From the IMG/VR virus record IMGVR_UViG_2671180296_000008, positions 1 through 44,752 of that record: 44,752 bases of DNA. One strand, given 5' to 3'. Source of the stretch: a virus. Taxonomy: Duplodnaviria > Heunggongvirae > Uroviricota > Caudoviricetes. Shown here piece after piece: positions 41,504 through 44,752 of the stretch. A program made the position numbers and the translations under genes. The stretch's first letter is position 1, and each line of letters begins with the position of its first letter. Under the pieces are notes generated by a model. It saw nothing but the letters and a program-made list of their open reading frames with translations, did no database searches and was not told the origin of the DNA.

Positions 41504-41796
41504 ATCTATATCGCTGCCCATTCTGTGGTTCCACTGTGCTTAACATCGGATACTCATTCAGTATCAGAGGGAAAATGCGCTATGTGTCATGCAAATGTGG
41601 TGCCCAAGGATCAGAAAAACGAACTAGATCTGAAGCGATTTCTTCATGGAATAGTCGAATGAAAGTATGGGTTTATGATCCAGAAACAATATTAAACGCT
41701 GAAGAGCGCAGGAGAACAGAAGCCTATATTCATAACCTTAATGAAGATGGATTTACACCAGTGCTTGTAAAGGCTACTCCACAGGAGGTGAAGTAA
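41500..41796 (+). CDS. Lar-family-like restriction alleviation protein (Zn ribbon)
   Basis: N-terminal YRCPFCGS...CKCG motif as in Lar-family proteins by recollection. Confidence 0.5.
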   Translation: MNLYRCPFCGSTVLNIGYSFSIRGKMRYVSCKCGAQGSEKRTRSEAISSWNSRMKVWVYDPETILNAEERRRTEAYIHNLNEDGFTPVLVKATPQEVK

Positions 41797-42074
41797 TGGA
41801 CGCCTTCGCGAAATATACGATTATTGACTGGATAGCCTTCCTTCAGGTTTTGCTCATCTGGTTTTATATGGCTTACAGGAGTGGACAGTGGATTGTCAGT
41901 GTAGCCTGTAGCAAGGGATGGCGTTGGTGGAACCGAAAGAATAAAAAAGCACTGGCATTGGATTCGTTTTACGAAGCATTCAATCTTAACAGTCTTCAGC
42001 CTGGTTCTGTCATTGTAGTCACCACTCAAAGCGGCATGACCATTCAGATTCATAAACCAAAAGAGGAAAAATGA
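41796..42074 (+). CDS. Hypothetical membrane protein
   Basis: 92-aa ORF with a hydrophobic N-terminal segment. Confidence 0.4.
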   Translation: MDAFAKYTIIDWIAFLQVLLIWFYMAYRSGQWIVSVACSKGWRWWNRKNKKALALDSFYEAFNLNSLQPGSVIVVTTQSGMTIQIHKPKEEK

Positions 42075-42385
42075 TGTGGCCTATATGTGTTAATTGCGGA
42101 CGGATGTGCCTATCTGGATGGTGCCGAAAGTGCGACAAATGCACGAAGAAAAGACAATAACATTCCTCGCACTCGCGGGGATTTCTTTTATCTGAACTCG
42201 CTACGGCGGTTTTTTATGGAGATGATAAATGCACTTCCGAGTTACAGGTGAATGGAATGGAGAACCATTCAACAGAGTTATCGAAGCAGAGAACATCAAC
42301 GACTGCTATAACCACTGGATGATATGGGCGCAGATAGCGCATGCAGACGTAACCAACATTCGAATTGAAGAACTGAAAGAACACC

Positions 42386-42410
42386 AAGCCGCCTGATGGC
42401 GGTTTTTTTT
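42386..42410 (+). terminator. Rho-independent terminator
   Basis: GCCGCC-TGAT-GGCGG followed by TTTTTTTT. Confidence 0.6.
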
Positions 42411-42421
42411 GGTGGTAGTAG

Positions 42422-42637
42422 ATGGCTGCAATTCACATTGTATCAATAATATGCAATGCAATTCAGATAGTTGCTTGCATTATCTTTGTTTTCTCAATCC
42501 TTCGCTCCCGACGATATTCTCCAGCAATTAACCGACATCCTGCACAAGTTGAAGCCGTCAGGATGGCTATAGAGTTACGAAATGAGATGAATAAGGCATT
42601 AATGGAGATGGAGAAACCATTCACTGACAAACATTAA
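42422..42637 (+). CDS. Hypothetical small membrane protein
   Basis: 71-aa ORF with hydrophobic N-terminus, between two terminators. Confidence 0.4.
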   Translation: MAAIHIVSIICNAIQIVACIIFVFSILRSRRYSPAINRHPAQVEAVRMAIELRNEMNKALMEMEKPFTDKH

Positions 42638-42713
42638 GAGTGGAAATAAAGAAATCACACCACCTCACTCTCAATGAGGCATTTTCATTTATCAAGATAT
42701 CCAGACCTACCAT

Positions 42714-42736
42714 CACCGCATCAATGCGGTTTTTTA
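42714..42736 (+). terminator. Rho-independent terminator
   Basis: ACCGCA-TCAA-TGCGGT followed by TTTTTTA. Confidence 0.5.
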
Positions 42737-42780
42737 TTGCCTGATTTGCAGGTTCGATTCCCTATTCGGAGATAGCACTC

Positions 42781-42981
42781 ATGCAACACGAACTACAACC
42801 TGATTCACTGGTTGATCTGAAATTCATCATGGCTGATACTGGCTTCGGTAAAACCTTCATCTATGACCGGATTAAGTCCGGCGACCTGCCAAAAGCCAAA
42901 GTTATCCACGGGCGAGCAAGATGGTTATATCGTGACCATTGTGAATTCAAAAATAAGCTCTTAAGCCGCGCCAATGGGTAA
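42781..42981 (+). CDS. torI: Excisionase / recombination directionality factor, TorI/AlpA-family
   Basis: 66-aa ORF MQHELQPDSLVDLKFIMADTGFGKTFIYDRIKSGDLPKAKVIHGRARWLYRDH...; adjacent to attR as for TorI of KplE1. Confidence 0.55.
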   Translation: MQHELQPDSLVDLKFIMADTGFGKTFIYDRIKSGDLPKAKVIHGRARWLYRDHCEFKNKLLSRANG

Positions 42982-43054
42982 AATAGCGGGTAAAATATTT
43001 CTCATATCTCAAAAACACCATTCCAATCAATCCCCTGCTGCCTCAAGTAGATGT

Positions 43055-43075
43055 CTGCAGGGGACACCATTTATC
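43055..43075. repeat. attR core: 21-bp direct repeat CTGCAGGGGACACCATTTATC
   Basis: Exact identity with 2930-2950 (tRNA 3' end). Confidence 0.65.
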
Positions 43076-43504
43076 CTTCCAACGAAATCTACCTTCCCCG
43101 CGTAAAAGTTGGGTTTGGCAGCACACTTGCCCTAAATCTACTCATTTTCCCTGCAACAGGTTGAAATCTCAGCACTGTGCGGCGATGACTAAACAGCCCC
43201 GGGCCTGGCAATGTAATCATCACACAGAATCCTGATCGCGAAATCTGGCTTGACTCGATACTTCACTCCGCAATGCATTCCTTGATGGATTAGCAGGCCC
43301 GTGATACACGGGACAGGTCGCTGAATTACGACAATTTCCTGGAAATCAGCGAACCGCGTATCCTGAGTACATTTGAGCGGCTGTTCCAGAACATGAATGA
43401 GGCGTTTGGATTAGGCGATTATTAGCCGCGCTAAGCATTTTGGTATTATTATTTTCCGGTTGAGGGATATAGAGCTATCGACAACAACCGGAAAGAGTTT
43501 ACGT

Positions 43505-44752
43505 CTATATTGCAGAAGGTACAGGCGTTTCCATCACCATTTGCTCACGTTTTTTACTCAGGAAGAAAATGCCAAATAACAACATCAGGCAGACAATACC
43601 CGAAATTACGAAGAAAACCGTCTGGTAACCTGCATGGTCAAAAAGTATTCCAGTCGGCGTTGAAAGCAACACAATCCCCAACGAACTGGCAATTTGAAAA
43701 CCAATCAGAAAGATCGTCGACGACAGGCGTTTATCAAAGTTTGCCACGCTGTATTTGAAGACGGAAATGACACACAGTGGAACCTCAATGGCATGTAAAA
43801 GCTTCACTAATGAAATAATCCAGGGATTAACGAACAGTGCGCAGGAAAGAATACGCAACGCCATAATCACAACACCGATAAGTAATGCATTTTTTGGCCC
43901 TACCCGATTAACAAAGAAAGGAATAATGGCCATGCACAGCGCTTCGAGTACAACCTGGAATGAGTTGAGATAACCATACAGGCGCGTTCCTACATCGTGT
44001 GATTCGAATAAACCTGCATAAAAAACAGGAAAGAGCTGTTGATCAAAAATGTTATAGAAAGACCACGTCCCCACAATAAATATGACGAAAATCCAGAAGT
44101 TTCGGTCCTTGAAAACTGCAATAAAATCCTCTTTTTTTACCCCTCCCGCATCTGCCGCTACGCACTGCTGATCCTGATATTTAAAACGCATGTTGATCAT
44201 CATAAATACAGCGCCAAATAGCGAAACCAACCAGAAGTTGATATGGGGACTGATACTGAAAAATATGCCAGCAAAGAACGCGCCAATCGCATAGCCAAAA
44301 GATCCCCAGGCGCGCGCTGTTCCATATTCGAAATGAAAATTTCGTGCCATTTTTTCGGTGAAGCTATCAAGCAGACCGCAGCCCGCCAGATACCCCAAGC
44401 CAAAAAAGAGCGCCCCCAAAATTAGACCTACAGAAAAATTGCTTTGCAGTAACGGTTCATAAACGTAAATCATAAACGGTCCGGTCAAGACCAGGATGAA
44501 ACTCATACACCAGATAAGCGGTTTCTTCAGACCGAGTTTATCCTGGACGATGCCGTAGACCATCATAAATAGAATACTGGTAAACTGGTTGACCGAATAA
44601 AGTGTACCTAATTCCGTCCCAGTCAACCCTAGATGTCCTTTCAGCCAAATAGCGTATAACGACCACCACAGCGACCAGGAAATAAAAAAGAGAAATGAGT
44701 AACTGGATGCAAAACGATAGTACACATTTCTGAATGGTATATTCAGTGCCAT
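43505..44752 (-). CDS. cscB: MFS oligosaccharide:H+ symporter, CscB-like sucrose permease
   Basis: 415-aa 12-TM ORF MALNIPFRNVYYRFASSYSFLFFISWSLWWSLYAIWLKG...; LacY-family features; recollection that the csc locus lies next to argW in some E. coli. Confidence 0.55.
   Translation of the reverse strand: MALNIPFRNVYYRFASSYSFLFFISWSLWWSLYAIWLKGHLGLTGTELGTLYSVNQFTSILFMMVYGIVQDKLGLKKPLIWCMSFILVLTGPFMIYVYEPLLQSNFSVGLILGALFFGLGYLAGCGLLDSFTEKMARNFHFEYGTARAWGSFGYAIGAFFAGIFFSISPHINFWLVSLFGAVFMMINMRFKYQDQQCVAADAGGVKKEDFIAVFKDRNFWIFVIFIVGTWSFYNIFDQQLFPVFYAGLFESHDVGTRLYGYLNSFQVVLEALCMAIIPFFVNRVGPKNALLIGVVIMALRILSCALFVNPWIISLVKLLHAIEVPLCVISVFKYSVANFDKRLSSTIFLIGFQIASSLGIVLLSTPTGILFDHAGYQTVFFVISGIVCLMLLFGIFFLSKKREQMVMETPVPSAI

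Noticed and set aside
43076-43504. Possible gene fragment in the host intergenic region between attR and cscB
   Set aside because: No complete ORF with start and RBS. It may be a remnant or regulatory region and was left unannotated.

Overview
The window is an E. coli-type chromosomal segment carrying an apparently complete ~40 kb mosaic lambdoid/P22-like prophage integrated at the 3' end of tRNA-Arg (argW). All identifications are from reading the sequence and recalling protein families; no database search or folding program was run. Left flank: a partial IS1 (1-753), mlaA, yfdC and argW. The prophage (about 2930-43075) is bounded by a 21-bp direct repeat that duplicates the tRNA 3' end. It contains, in order: an IntS-like integrase; an AT-rich conversion module (small membrane protein, Oac-like acyltransferase); a P22-type tailspike; a Mnt-like repressor plus lipoprotein; a P22-like morphogenesis block on the minus strand (gp16, gp20, gp7, gp14, tail needle with knob, gp10, gp4, coat, scaffold, portal, TerL, TerS); a moron encoding a T5orf172/GIY-YIG-like protein; a lambda-type lysis cassette (S, R, Rz/Rz1); lambda-type Q with pR' and tR'; a nin region; a DnaB-type helicase and an initiator with internal iterons; cII, nutR, and 434-type cro/cI with OR and OL operators; a secreted protein in the rex position; nutL, N, ral, cIII/kil-like ORFs, RecT and accessory early genes; and a TorI-like excisionase next to attR. 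Right flank: a CscB-like sucrose permease. The most notable observations are: (1) a canonical type-I hammerhead ribozyme motif in the late-operon leader between tR' and holin S, sitting inside an enlarged, internally repeated stem-loop region; (2) three lysogeny-positioned candidate exclusion/defence genes (T5orf172-like moron, secreted protein after cI, lipoprotein after mnt); (3) a split copy of argW 3'-end homology flanking the excisionase gene; (4) a remnant of a tail-fibre C-terminal chaperone domain next to the conversion module. No CRISPR array or rRNA was seen.
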